Shown here: one piece after another, positions 1 to 9,358 of the stretch
How the letters are laid out: the number at the start of each line of letters is the position of its first letter
How positions within the stretch are numbered: the first letter of the stretch is position 1
The notes under the pieces: generated by a model
What the model was told of the DNA's origin: nothing
What the model saw: only the letters and a program-made list of their open reading frames with translations
Database searches by the model: none
IMG/VR virus record: IMGVR_UViG_3300005326_000121
Coordinates: 1 to 25,193 of that record
Direction: 5' to 3' (one strand)
DNA from: a virus
Lineage: Duplodnaviria; Caudoviricetes
Length of the DNA: 25,193 bases
Made by a program: the position numbers and the translations under genes

Positions 1-69
1 TGTGGGGGCCGCCTCCCGGCCGCGACTGAGCCAATCTTCCCATGTCGCGGCGGGAAGCCGACTCCTACA
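1..69. repeat. Inverted REP doublet (REPIN-like, GTAG/GTGG-type)
   Basis: 1-25 TGTGGGGGCCGCCTCCCGGCCGCGA versus revcomp of 45-69 TGTAGGAGTCGGCTTCCCGCCGCGA (19/25 identical), 19-nt spacer. Confidence 0.65.
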
Positions 70-109
70 AATCGAGGGCGTTCCGGTAGATTAATTCTTG
101 GGAATTGCA

Positions 110-538
110 TTAGAACCTCGACATCCGCTCATCCGTCATGACCCGCTCCGTGGCCACGTAGGCCGGGGCGTCGGATGCCGGGGTGCCGGATGGGTCCTTC
201 GCCCCAAGGGAAATTTTGCCCTCGGCCACCCGCTCCAGGAACCGCACGGCGTCCCGGTAGCGCTCCCGCACCGTCTTTCTGGCCATATCCGGCCGCCTGG
301 CGTAGAGGTTATGGACGGCCATATCGACCGCGTACTTCCGGAGAACCGGAGGCACGGGGGATATGGGCAGCTCCATGCGCGATCCAAGATAGGAGTCGAT
401 CTCCTCGGAGGCGTCCGAAAGGGCGCGGGATAGCCTTGCCTCATCCGCGGCTCCCGTGCCCTCGTCGTCGGTAAGCTGGATCAGATCGAGCTCCGGTATC
501 TGCTTTTCAAGATCCTCGATAGTCGCGTAGGACGCCAC
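110..538 (-). CDS. Mu gp36-like head-tail connector protein (DUF1320)
   Basis: YATIEDL...LIQLTD...ASEEIDSYLGSR...P...RYRDAVRFLERVAEGKISLG pattern; follows capsid gene. Confidence 0.88.
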   Translation of the reverse strand: MASYATIEDLEKQIPELDLIQLTDDEGTGAADEARLSRALSDASEEIDSYLGSRMELPISPVPPVLRKYAVDMAVHNLYARRPDMARKTVRERYRDAVRFLERVAEGKISLGAKDPSGTPASDAPAYVATERVMTDERMSRF

Positions 539-573
539 GCTCCCCCCCTTTTTCGCACGCTATCCTGGAAAAA

Positions 574-1512
574 TTACGCAACGGCGTCCTGAATGAAGTA
601 CCCGACGTCGCCCGCAATCACCTTCTCGTCGCTGTTCCAGGCCACCTTAAAGAAGTGCGCCCCCTTGATGCCGCGCTTTCCGTCGAAATCGCGGTAGGTG
701 GAGCGGCGGGTCTCAACGAGGGTCGCCCCGAAGGTGACGCTCCTGATCCCCGGATTCGGATCGACATAGAGAGCCGCGCAGTGCTTGCCCCAAAGCCTCG
801 AGTAGCTCGCGGCCTGCCCCGGCTTCGCCGTGTTGTACCGGGCGCGTCCGACAAGCCAGCGCTCGACCTCAAAAAGTCCCCGGCACTCCTCGATTGTCGC
901 GAGTCCTCCCGGAGATCCCTGGTAGCGCGATGAGCCCTTTACGGCGTCGAGCACCTCGGGAAGAGCACGGAAGACCTTCCAGACGTCCGCTCCCATGGCA
1001 AAGGTGTTGGCCCTGGTAAAGCAGCCCTCGATTGCATCCAGAACATTTTTTATGGGGCTGTCGGCCGTGCCGCCCCACTGTCCCGTGCCTGAAAGCTGGA
1101 CCTTGTTTGCCGCCGGGTAGCTTGCGGCGTTGAAGACGATATCGACCACCCGCTTTTCCTGGGCGATATCGAGCAGGAGGTTCAGAAAATCGTTCGTGTC
1201 GAGCTCCGGCTGAAGGGGATTGTCCGAGTTATCGATTGTCTCCTGCGGAAGCCAGTCGGATAAGGCATGGTCCTTAACCGAGTAGTTTGCGGTCGTAACC
1301 CCCCAGTCCACCTCGTTGGGCATGCTTTTGGGTCCGATTTTATCGTCGGCCAGGGTGAAGGAGTCCTCCTTGTTGTACTGGTAGAAGAGATCGGATCTCT
1401 TGTTGACCTTGACTTCCGGCATGACGAGCGGCCAGATCATGGCCTCGTTTCGGTACTTGACCGATAGATTGGTCAAAACCGCGTCCTTGTGAAGGGCTCT
1501 TGCCTCGGGCAT
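574..1512 (-). CDS. Major capsid protein
   Basis: 312 aa; DAVLTNLSVKYRN N-terminus and C-terminal GYFIQDAVA typical of this capsid family; position after protease and cement genes. Confidence 0.85.
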   Translation of the reverse strand: MPEARALHKDAVLTNLSVKYRNEAMIWPLVMPEVKVNKRSDLFYQYNKEDSFTLADDKIGPKSMPNEVDWGVTTANYSVKDHALSDWLPQETIDNSDNPLQPELDTNDFLNLLLDIAQEKRVVDIVFNAASYPAANKVQLSGTGQWGGTADSPIKNVLDAIEGCFTRANTFAMGADVWKVFRALPEVLDAVKGSSRYQGSPGGLATIEECRGLFEVERWLVGRARYNTAKPGQAASYSRLWGKHCAALYVDPNPGIRSVTFGATLVETRRSTYRDFDGKRGIKGAHFFKVAWNSDEKVIAGDVGYFIQDAVA

Positions 1513-1527
1513 GAGGGCTTCTCCTTT

Positions 1528-2325
1528 TTAAATGCTCGTTACATACTCGACGAAAAATACGGCCTTGCCCGCCGTGAGCTTGTGCGTGGCGACCGTGAGC
1601 GCAAGCTCGCGCTCGGCCGTCGTCTTGATCATTTTGGCCGCCGTGCCGTCCGGGATGAGCGCGGCGATGCCGGAGAGGGTGTCGGCGTCCACGGCGGCGA
1701 GCAGGTCGTTATCCTGATCCTCGGAGCCGAGCTTGATCGTTCCGTCGTTTCCCTCGGATACGAACGGCGTGATAATGTCCGCGAAGCCGCCGGTGATGAC
1801 CGCGTTATCGGGAATGGCGACTCCGAGCCCGTATGAGCCCACCGCCCGCTCGCCGCCCTCTCCCTCGGATACGTCGAATACGGCGGCGGCCACCTGCTTT
1901 GACCCGATTCCCGAGATTCCGCTTGCATCGTCGAGGACGCTTATAACGCCGTCGCTCGTGCTGTAGAGCACGCATGGGGCGATCCGCAGGGGAACGATAT
2001 CGCCCGCTACCCCCGAGGCCGTTACAAAGCCTATGACGTTTTGTCCGGGCTTTGCCCGAACGGCCCGCCCCAGGGAGTCGGAGGTAACGGGGCGTCCCCG
2101 CAGAACCGTGCCGCCGAGCTTCACGTCGGAGATCCCCGAGATCATCAGGCGCACCTCTTCTCCCGCGGCCTCCGTCGCGTGCTGGAAGACCCCGATGGGA
2201 AAATCGCTCGGCCCGCGCGCGGTCCGGAAGGTCGAATCGTTCGCCCCAGGCCGCGCGAGGGTGAAAGCCGCCACAATGTTTCCGGCCGTAACCGACTTTT
2301 CGATTCCGGTTGTCCTGCCGATCAT
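1528..2325 (-). CDS. Capsid cement/decoration protein (DUF2190-like N-terminal domain plus extra C-terminal beta-rich domain)
   Basis: GISDVKLGGTVLRGRPVTSDSLGRAV...IGFVTASGVAGDIV motif; located between scaffold and capsid genes. Confidence 0.65.
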   Translation of the reverse strand: MIGRTTGIEKSVTAGNIVAAFTLARPGANDSTFRTARGPSDFPIGVFQHATEAAGEEVRLMISGISDVKLGGTVLRGRPVTSDSLGRAVRAKPGQNVIGFVTASGVAGDIVPLRIAPCVLYSTSDGVISVLDDASGISGIGSKQVAAAVFDVSEGEGGERAVGSYGLGVAIPDNAVITGGFADIITPFVSEGNDGTIKLGSEDQDNDLLAAVDADTLSGIAALIPDGTAAKMIKTTAERELALTVATHKLTAGKAVFFVEYVTSI

Positions 2326-3416
2326 CCTTGCCTCCTGAAAAGCTCGGGGTGCTTTTTAGAAGCCCCGAGCACGGCACCCCTGTAGGTGCAGTCCTTGTTT
2401 TTCTCCATGAAATAGGCGATTGCCAGATCGCGCCGGGACTCGGCGTCGGTTGGGATATCGGTATCCGATCCCGCATGCTCGCCAAAATCGACCGTCCGGG
2501 GAAAGTGCTTTTCCATGAAGGCGCTCAGCCACTCCCAGGGGGGCTTTTTGCCCGATTCCGCGAAATCGAGGGCCGAATTGGGAACGAAAGCCAGATGCTC
2601 GCAAAATTCGGCGAGGCCATCCTTCATCATGGCCGGAGTGACCCGGCAGCCGTCTTTCATGAGGGCGTCGAGGCGCGACTTGACATCCGTCTTGTGCGTT
2701 TTGGCGAGGGCTTCGGACTCGGCCCTCTTTCGCTCCTCGGCGAACTCCAGAGCCGCTTCGTCCCTGGCCTTCCTGGCGGCGGCTTCCTCGGCGTCCTTCA
2801 CCCTGCGGGCCACCTCTTCCTCGCCGAACGAGACACCCAGCGTGGCGACCGCCGGCTGAGGCTGATGGATCACCATGGGGGCCGCGCCCTCGGGCATCTC
2901 GTCGACCGCTCTTTTAAACAAATCCTTCCAACTCATGCGTTGCTCCTCGTTAAAATCTATGGTTACGGCATCGCGCGCATCGCCGAAGGCGATGTCTTCG
3001 AGTCCCTTTATGGCGGGCGGCGTGCCCCCGAGAAAGCCGACGTGGCGCAGATACCAGCCCCGGCCCTCGAGATCGGGATAGAGGCTTGCGCTCCTCTTTT
3101 TGAAAAGCCCCTGCCGAAGCGCCTCCTTGAACTCCGGGATTACGTCGAAGTCGGCTTTGAGCAGATCGCCCTCGGCCCTGAGGCCCGTCACCCAGCCGTA
3201 CGCCGGGGCGTTGTCTTTCGGATGGCCTATGGTAGCCGGGGCTTCGTGCAGCGCCGGATCGTAGGCTTTCGCAATGGCCGAGATCATCTCCCGGCTGACG
3301 TCGTATGCCTGGCCGTCGCTTGCCCGGTGCCTGCCCGATCTCAGGATTTCGACCCCTGAGAGGGGCTCGCCGAACGATACGGATTGCCTGTTGACTTTCA
3401 CGGTTCCCATCCTCAA
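2322..3416 (-). CDS. Mu gp32-like prohead protease (I) with C-terminal scaffold (Z); alternative ATG start 3410, internal start 2936
   Basis: EAPATIGHPKDNAPAYGWV, FKKRSASLY and YLRHVGFLGGTPPAIKGL motifs; GAGGAG RBS before in-frame ATG 2936. Confidence 0.85.
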   Translation of the reverse strand: MRMGTVKVNRQSVSFGEPLSGVEILRSGRHRASDGQAYDVSREMISAIAKAYDPALHEAPATIGHPKDNAPAYGWVTGLRAEGDLLKADFDVIPEFKEALRQGLFKKRSASLYPDLEGRGWYLRHVGFLGGTPPAIKGLEDIAFGDARDAVTIDFNEEQRMSWKDLFKRAVDEMPEGAAPMVIHQPQPAVATLGVSFGEEEVARRVKDAEEAAARKARDEAALEFAEERKRAESEALAKTHKTDVKSRLDALMKDGCRVTPAMMKDGLAEFCEHLAFVPNSALDFAESGKKPPWEWLSAFMEKHFPRTVDFGEHAGSDTDIPTDAESRRDLAIAYFMEKNKDCTYRGAVLGASKKHPELFRRQG

Positions 3417-3439
3417 GATGCTTCGTGGAGGTAGCGATT

Positions 3440-3679
3440 ATGGAAACGATCTTCGACCACAACCCGACCGATGAAGAGCTGCTCTGCGCCGTGGGCGGCA
3501 CGAGCCCTCATATCCTCGATGCGGTCAGGGCGCAAAGATCCCAGGACGGCCACTATGCCGATATCGTGGCGCTCATGCGCAAAAGGGGCGATATGAAGCG
3601 AGCCGGCCATTATCTCTCCCTTATCCGCGACGAGGAGTACCGGCGGGATATTCTCCAGCTCATATCAAAGGTCGCCTAG
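3440..3679 (+). CDS. Small helical protein (79 aa), convergent with MuF gene; possible immunity/accessory protein
   Basis: GGAGG RBS before ATG 3440; METIFDHNPTDEEL...; fills the gap between gp30 and gp32. Confidence 0.7.
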   Translation: METIFDHNPTDEELLCAVGGTSPHILDAVRAQRSQDGHYADIVALMRKRGDMKRAGHYLSLIRDEEYRRDILQLISKVA

Positions 3680-5107
3680 CAGCCGCCCGAAATCCTCGGA
3701 CGTTTCGTTGAGCCGCATAAGGACGCTCATGATCCGAGGCCGGTCCTCCGGCCTCGCCGCCCGTCGCGCCAGAAGGCGCGCCAGGGGCTCCGCGTAGCTA
3801 TCCCGCTTTGCCGTCAGGTAAAGCTCCTCGATCTCGCTCAAAAGCTCATCCCCAAGCCCGAGCCGCTCCAGCAGGAGCCCGAAATTTTTTACATACCGCC
3901 CGTAGGCGTATCCCGCCGCCTTGATGGCCTCCTGGTTGGAAGCCCCGGCCCCAAGCAGTGAAAGTATCCTCTGGTAGGTGCGCCGAGAGAGGTGCTGGGT
4001 GAGCGTCTCCTGCAAAATGTCCCTCGGGTCCAGGGAATCGAGCGCCTCGCCCGGCGTCTGCCGGCTGTGCAGTAGCTCGTGCTGGAGCGTCTCGACCGCG
4101 TACTCCCGGTTGAAGCTCAAGGGAGCGCCTTCCCGGATCGCCCGGAGCGCCCCCAGAAGATCTTTTGCCGGGTTGAACCCGCCGCTTTCGGGAAACGCGC
4201 GGTCGGTTACATAAAAATCCCCGGCTCCGTTCGTGGCCATCATGAAATCGCCGCGCCGGGTAAAATAGACGCTCTCTATCCCGGACGGCCCCGCCAGGGG
4301 CGCAAGCCTTTCCTTTATGAACGCTCCAGCCTCCGGATACGTCTCGATCTCTGGAACGGCGCCGGCCGATGCGAAAAGCTCCCCGCGCTTCTTCAGGAAA
4401 ATATCCCGCAGCCTTTGCGGATAGAGCGACAGATCCGGCTCGTAGTGCTCCCTGGCCGCGTTGGCGTTAAAGCCCCGGTCCGGCATGAGGGGCCGGGCCA
4501 AAAGCCTGTTGCCCTTTTCGTCCACGGGCTCGAAGAGCCTTCCCGTCGGGTCTTCCGTCTCGACGGTCAGGCCCAGCGCCTTAACCTGCCGATCTGAAAG
4601 GGATTTTACGCCGCACCGGCACCGGTGACCGTTCGGCGGATACCACGTATCCCAGAAGGGATGATCCGCCGGGAACACCTTGCCGTCGAGCGCCCTGTGG
4701 GCCGGGCGGGTCCGCGAGTCGTTTACCGCGTCGTACTGCCAGTAGGGCCGGAGGGCCTTCACCGCCTGCATCTGCTTCCATCTTCCCACGTGGTAGGCCG
4801 TCTGGATGTTGGTCCTGAAGATCGTCTCGAGCCTCCGGGCGCCCTTGCCCGTCCAGCCCTGCTTGAGGATGATCCCAGGGATCTCCTTTTTCCACTGCTC
4901 GAAGCTGAGGCCCTCGGATAAGGCCTTTCCCAGGGATTCCTGGATTTTTACTATCGCATCCATCGAGGCGACGCCCGAAACCGTAAAGGCGTTGCCGCGC
5001 GCGGCCTCCGCCAGGCCGTAAAACTCGCGCGCCGACATGGGAACCTTCGATTTCCAGTACTCGAGCGCCTCCTGCATGGGAAGGGCGGTTGGGGCGATAT
5101 CAGGCAT
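3665..5107 (-). CDS. Mu gp30/MuF head morphogenesis protein with C-terminal HExxH (zinc metallopeptidase-like) extension
   Basis: RLETIFRTNIQTAYHVGRW, YDAVNDSRTRPAH, DHPFWDTWYPPNGHRCRC; C-terminal ETLQHELLH...LQETLTQ. Confidence 0.88.
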   Translation of the reverse strand: MPDIAPTALPMQEALEYWKSKVPMSAREFYGLAEAARGNAFTVSGVASMDAIVKIQESLGKALSEGLSFEQWKKEIPGIILKQGWTGKGARRLETIFRTNIQTAYHVGRWKQMQAVKALRPYWQYDAVNDSRTRPAHRALDGKVFPADHPFWDTWYPPNGHRCRCGVKSLSDRQVKALGLTVETEDPTGRLFEPVDEKGNRLLARPLMPDRGFNANAAREHYEPDLSLYPQRLRDIFLKKRGELFASAGAVPEIETYPEAGAFIKERLAPLAGPSGIESVYFTRRGDFMMATNGAGDFYVTDRAFPESGGFNPAKDLLGALRAIREGAPLSFNREYAVETLQHELLHSRQTPGEALDSLDPRDILQETLTQHLSRRTYQRILSLLGAGASNQEAIKAAGYAYGRYVKNFGLLLERLGLGDELLSEIEELYLTAKRDSYAEPLARLLARRAARPEDRPRIMSVLMRLNETSEDFGRLLGDL

Positions 5108-6674
5108 GGGGAAACCCCGGTGAATCGGTGAATCGGTGAATCGGTGAATCGGGAAGCGCCTCCCTTCTTGCCGTGTGGCGCCCGTACATCTCGGCCGCGA
5201 CCGTCGCCCGCTGGATCACGTCGAGCATCGCGCGCTCGTCCAAAATTTGCCCGAAGGCGTCGGCCAGGCGGTCCGCTAGATCGTCCGGCGATGCGGATGC
5301 CTCGATTGCCGCCACGATCATCCGCATGGAGGCATCCATGGCGGAGACGCCCTCCGGCAGGACGTCCGCGACCAGGCGCTCCAGGGCCTCCTGATCGGAA
5401 TCGAAGCGCCCTTCCGAAAACTCGGCAGCCGGCAGGGCATCGCTTCGCGCCTTCGCGTCTTCGCGTGAATCGCCCTGCCCGATGGTCCGCTCCCCCTCCT
5501 TTGCGAGCGGGAGCCCGTAAGTCGTCTCAAAGTAGGTTTCCGGCACGCGCCGCTTAAAATCCAGATCGCCCAGAAGGATCTTGTCCCGCCCGGCCAGGGC
5601 CAAAAGATCCCGCTCCGGCTCGGTTCTCCTCCACACGCTCGGATATCCCCCGCGCGGCTGAGGGCCGAAGTTCAGGTCCACGATCCAGCGAACCAAGGTG
5701 CGGTTCAAGACCTCGCACTGATCGTCCGCGTCGGCCGCGACGATGGTTTGAAGCACCCGCTCGTGCACGTTTCCAAGGCTTTGAGATCCCCGCTCCCCCT
5801 GATCGGAGGTCAAGGTCTGCCCCAGAATGATCTTGGCTATGCAGCCGTCGAAGTAGCTGCAGGCCTTTTCGTAGGCGCCGTCTCCCGCGCGCTTCGCCTC
5901 GAGAAGCTCGATCGCCGCGGCGCTCGATATGGCGATCCCCGTCTTTCTCCTGACGTTTGAAACTATCTCGAGCAGGAGATCCTTGTCCTCCGGCGGCGCC
6001 CCCGGCGGGTATTTTCCGACCGGAACGGGCTCCCCGAAGTCCTCGAGGAAGCTCATCCAGAACTTGAGGCCGCATTTTTTGAACCATACCGGCCAGTAGA
6101 GCTGATGGCCGAGCCCCCGGCCGTAGGGGTTGCTGTCGTGCCCTCCGTAGCTCCAGAGAACGAATTTTTTATCGGGAACGATTTCGCCGTCCCACAGGTT
6201 GGACGGGGTAAGAAGCCTCAAATTCCCCTTCGGGTCGAATACGAACCGCCCCGGCCTCCTTCCCCGAAACTCGCGTATCCAGATATCCCCCCCGGATGCC
6301 TCCCACATGACCTCAACCGGCTTGTATCCGGTAATTACCGCCTGGCAGAGATCCCGGCAGAGCCTGTCGAAGTTGGCGGAGGCGAGCACGGCCTTGACGA
6401 AATCGGCGATTTTCGCGTCCGCCCGCTTCTCCGTGGCCGGGTCGCACTGCCATTCGCAGGCCTGAAGCGCAAGCGTTCTCGTCTGGTGCATGGCGAACAC
6501 CTGCGCATCGCGGCTAATCTCCTCGTAGATCCTGACTCCCCGCCCCGCGCTCTCCTCCCTCAGGACCGCGTCCGGGTTTTCGAGGCGAGAAAGCCAGCCG
6601 GAGAAGATATCGATATCCTTTTCCAGCGCGGCTACTTCGCCTGCAGGGGGCCGTTTTGCGGAATCGTCTCTCAT
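5100..6674 (-). CDS. Mu gp29-like portal protein (DUF935)
   Basis: NPYGRGLGHQLYWPVWFK, FGEPVPVGKYPPGA, IAKIILGQTLTS, GSQSLGNVHERV. Confidence 0.93.
   Translation of the reverse strand: MRDDSAKRPPAGEVAALEKDIDIFSGWLSRLENPDAVLREESAGRGVRIYEEISRDAQVFAMHQTRTLALQACEWQCDPATEKRADAKIADFVKAVLASANFDRLCRDLCQAVITGYKPVEVMWEASGGDIWIREFRGRRPGRFVFDPKGNLRLLTPSNLWDGEIVPDKKFVLWSYGGHDSNPYGRGLGHQLYWPVWFKKCGLKFWMSFLEDFGEPVPVGKYPPGAPPEDKDLLLEIVSNVRRKTGIAISSAAAIELLEAKRAGDGAYEKACSYFDGCIAKIILGQTLTSDQGERGSQSLGNVHERVLQTIVAADADDQCEVLNRTLVRWIVDLNFGPQPRGGYPSVWRRTEPERDLLALAGRDKILLGDLDFKRRVPETYFETTYGLPLAKEGERTIGQGDSREDAKARSDALPAAEFSEGRFDSDQEALERLVADVLPEGVSAMDASMRMIVAAIEASASPDDLADRLADAFGQILDERAMLDVIQRATVAAEMYGRHTARREALPDSPIHRFTDSPGFPHA
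5118..5152. repeat. Tandem octamer repeat (CGGTGAAT)x4 plus CGG in the 3' end of the portal gene
   Basis: Direct reading: cggtgaat cggtgaat cggtgaat cggtgaat cgg. Confidence 0.95.
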
Positions 6675-6680
6675 GGAGGC

Positions 6681-8099
6681 CTACCTTAAAAAACGCTCTA
6701 AGGCCGTCGAGGCCCTATCCACGCCGCTCGAGCGGTACTCGATTCTCGCCGGCGGCGAGGCGGCCGCGTGAAGCGCAAGGGCAAGCGCCCAGAAGCGATC
6801 TGAATGTCCGTTCGGTCCCCGGTCGGCGTCGAACCGGATGTTTCCGGCGGCCGTCGTGGTCTTTTTGATCGCCCGAAGATCGGACCTGATGGCGTTGCTC
6901 TGCGGGATCTTGATGTTTTGATCCTCGAAGGCGGCGCGAAGCGGATAGGCCAGGGCCTCCTTTACCGGCCCCGTGAAGCGCACGGGCTCGACCTTGTAGC
7001 CGTAGCGCTCGACGGCCCGCTCGGCGAGCTGCATGCCGAGCCCCGTAGCATCGATACAGCAGCGCCTGAGGGAGCGAAGCTCAAGAAGGCCGTAGAGCAC
7101 CGCCTCCTGCTCGCTAAAGGATTTGCCCTGCATCTCGACAACCTTGCGGGTAAAAAAGCGCCCGTTTATGCGCTCGATGGCCCAATCGACCGTAAGATCC
7201 CTGTTCCGTCCGACATCGACTCCGAGATAGAGCTCACCGGGCGCGCGGCCGTCAGGCCCGCGTCCATCGGCTCCCATCTCCCACTCATCCCCCGGCGCGT
7301 ACTCGCATTTGGCGATCTGGTCGTAGGTCAGAAACGCCCCCTCGTCGTCCGCCGGAACGCACATATACTCCTGGGCGAACTGCTCGGAATCGGCGCACCC
7401 TGACCGGATGAAGTCGAAATAATCCGCCTCGTCCATCTCCTGAATGGGGGAATCCGCCGGGATCTTCGACTGGAGCTTGTATAAAAAGCCCTGATCGAGC
7501 GCGTCCTGAAGCGTCACCCTGTGGAGGGAAAACCCCTTGGGGTTTCCCTTGTGCGTTATTTCAGTCACCAGCTCGTTAAAAAAATTCGCAGATCCCCGGT
7601 GGGTGGAGACGATCTCGAGCTGCCCGCCCCAGGTAATGCCGGGGTAGGCAATCGAGTAGAGCTTCCTCGGATCGGGGTGCAGGGCGAATTCATCGAGGAC
7701 CCGGCCTCCCCTTTTTCCCGCCTGGGCGTCCGGGTTTGAGCTCATCGAGTGGATGCGCCGCTCGTTTGCAAACTGGAGGACAAAGGCGGATATTCTCTTC
7801 TCCGGATCGATTACCTGGAGCCCGAGGGATTCGGCGGCGGCGTTCAGGAGCTTTGCGAACATCACGCAGTCCTCCAGGAAAAGCCGCGCCTGAATTTCGT
7901 CGCGCGACGATACCCACTGATCGAATCTGGCCTCTCTGGGCGCCGTTCTGTCCACGCAGGCGCAGGCCGAGGCCCAGGAGAGGCCGATCTGCCTCGATTT
8001 TTCCATGAGCTTCAGGCGCGATGCATCGTCTATCCACCGGTTCTGATACGGCAGGAAGGTGCGCCGCGGCTCGGGAGGAATGATTTTTGCTCGGCCCAT
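6681..8099 (-). CDS. Terminase large subunit (Mu gp28-like)
   Basis: MEKSRQIGLSW (Walker A-like), VLDEFA (Walker B), nuclease motifs LGVDVGR and HSDRFWALALA. Confidence 0.93.
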   Translation of the reverse strand: MGRAKIIPPEPRRTFLPYQNRWIDDASRLKLMEKSRQIGLSWASACACVDRTAPREARFDQWVSSRDEIQARLFLEDCVMFAKLLNAAAESLGLQVIDPEKRISAFVLQFANERRIHSMSSNPDAQAGKRGGRVLDEFALHPDPRKLYSIAYPGITWGGQLEIVSTHRGSANFFNELVTEITHKGNPKGFSLHRVTLQDALDQGFLYKLQSKIPADSPIQEMDEADYFDFIRSGCADSEQFAQEYMCVPADDEGAFLTYDQIAKCEYAPGDEWEMGADGRGPDGRAPGELYLGVDVGRNRDLTVDWAIERINGRFFTRKVVEMQGKSFSEQEAVLYGLLELRSLRRCCIDATGLGMQLAERAVERYGYKVEPVRFTGPVKEALAYPLRAAFEDQNIKIPQSNAIRSDLRAIKKTTTAAGNIRFDADRGPNGHSDRFWALALALHAAASPPARIEYRSSGVDRASTALERFLR

Positions 8100-8100
8100 G

Positions 8101-8727
8101 TTAGAGTCCCAGCGTTGTGCGAAGCTCTTTAAGGGTTTCGGCGTCGGGCGCCCGGCCTGTAATCTCCTGACCCCTCGTCCCGTCAGCCTCCATCTTGCTC
8201 AAAAGCTCGCGCATGGCGGCAAACTCCTTCAAGGTCTGAAGGGTCAGGGCCTGGGCCGGATTGACCAGCATTTGCCGAAGCTTCAGCTCCATCGCCGCGC
8301 GCAAGGCTTCGATGGGAGAATCCGCGCGGATGGGGCCGCCCGTCTCTTCATCCGGCGCCGAAGCCGGAACGGAGGCCGGAGGCGGCGTTTCCTGGAGCTT
8401 GAGCCAGGCCTGGGCGGTCTTTTCAAGCGCCGCTACGGCAAAGGCGTCTTTGGCCTCGAGGCTGTCGAGGTATTTCCCGAGACCCGCCGCTCTCGCCACG
8501 ATGAGGTCGGCTCTGATGGCGGATCGCGCCTGCCGGATGCGCTCTTTTTTCTCCTGCCAGGAGTAGCGGTCGCTCCACCGCTTGAGGGTGGATGCGGCGA
8601 TGCCGAGAAGAGAGGAGACGCCCTCGAAAGTGTGCCCGTCCACGCAGTAAAGCTCTTCGGCGCGGTCCACCACCTCCATGGGGTATTCCTTCGATGCCGG
8701 CTTCCTCGGCGCCCCATCTCCGTCCAT
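8101..8727 (-). CDS. Putative terminase small subunit / HTH protein (DUF1804-like)
   Basis: N-terminal HTH TFEGVSSLLGIAASTLKRWSDRYSW; directly upstream of the large terminase. Confidence 0.65.
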   Translation of the reverse strand: MDGDGAPRKPASKEYPMEVVDRAEELYCVDGHTFEGVSSLLGIAASTLKRWSDRYSWQEKKERIRQARSAIRADLIVARAAGLGKYLDSLEAKDAFAVAALEKTAQAWLKLQETPPPASVPASAPDEETGGPIRADSPIEALRAAMELKLRQMLVNPAQALTLQTLKEFAAMRELLSKMEADGTRGQEITGRAPDAETLKELRTTLGL

Positions 8728-8729
8728 GT

Positions 8730-8981
8730 TTACTCCCGGCCCAGGACGCGCTTTATGATGTCGATTTCCCTGTCGAGAGGATCGAGCTGCTCTCTTTTCA
8801 TGCCGTCGAGCCGAAGGGCCAGCACGGCAAGGGCCTCGGTATCCAGGGACTCCACGGGCTCATAGGCGGGGAGCAGGCATTTGATGCGGTCCCGCAAGGA
8901 CTCCATTTCGATTGCGAGCCTGTTCCGGCGCTCCCTGCGATCGGACAAAGCCCCCAGGTTCATCAACCGCTCCTCCTGCAT
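8730..8981 (-). CDS. Hypothetical coiled-coil phage protein
   Basis: 83 aa, translationally coupled to neighbours. Confidence 0.7.
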   Translation of the reverse strand: MQEERLMNLGALSDRRERRNRLAIEMESLRDRIKCLLPAYEPVESLDTEALAVLALRLDGMKREQLDPLDREIDIIKRVLGRE

Positions 8982-9358
8982 CAGATCACCTCCCCGGCGG
9001 ACCGTCTGACCATTGGACAGAATTGATTCGTCTTCACTTCGTGGCTCACCGTTTCGAGCCCTTTAACGACCAGCACCGATAGATCCTGCTGGCCTTCGGC
9101 CAACCGGTGGCAGGTCTTGACCAGCTCGACATTGTTTTCATACCGCCTGGCCCACTCCGCGTCCCGGACGTCGCTCTTTGCCTGGATGGTCATGATGTCG
9201 TCGCGGTATTGCCGAAGCACCGCCTGGATATCCTCGCGGTACTGGCGCATCATCCGGTCCTGCTGCTCCCGGCCGAAATACCAGACGATAAAGACCATGC
9301 CGGGAAGTCCGAAAGCCTGGAGGAGCTCGACCAATGTTTTGAGGCCGAACGATTCCAT
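8981..9358 (-). CDS. Membrane-anchored coiled-coil protein (holin-like, BhlA/UviB-type architecture)
   Basis: N-terminal hydrophobic segment LLQAFGLPGMVFIVWYF followed by charged helix; start of late operon. Confidence 0.6.
   Translation of the reverse strand: MESFGLKTLVELLQAFGLPGMVFIVWYFGREQQDRMMRQYREDIQAVLRQYRDDIMTIQAKSDVRDAEWARRYENNVELVKTCHRLAEGQQDLSVLVVKGLETVSHEVKTNQFCPMVRRSAGEVI

Noticed and set aside
1-10. Window starts TGTGGGG, like the phage left end (TGTGGGGTTCAC), suggesting a second phage end
   Set aside because: It is one arm of a REP-like inverted pair, lacks AGAAGAATT sites, and tail genes are still expected beyond gp36
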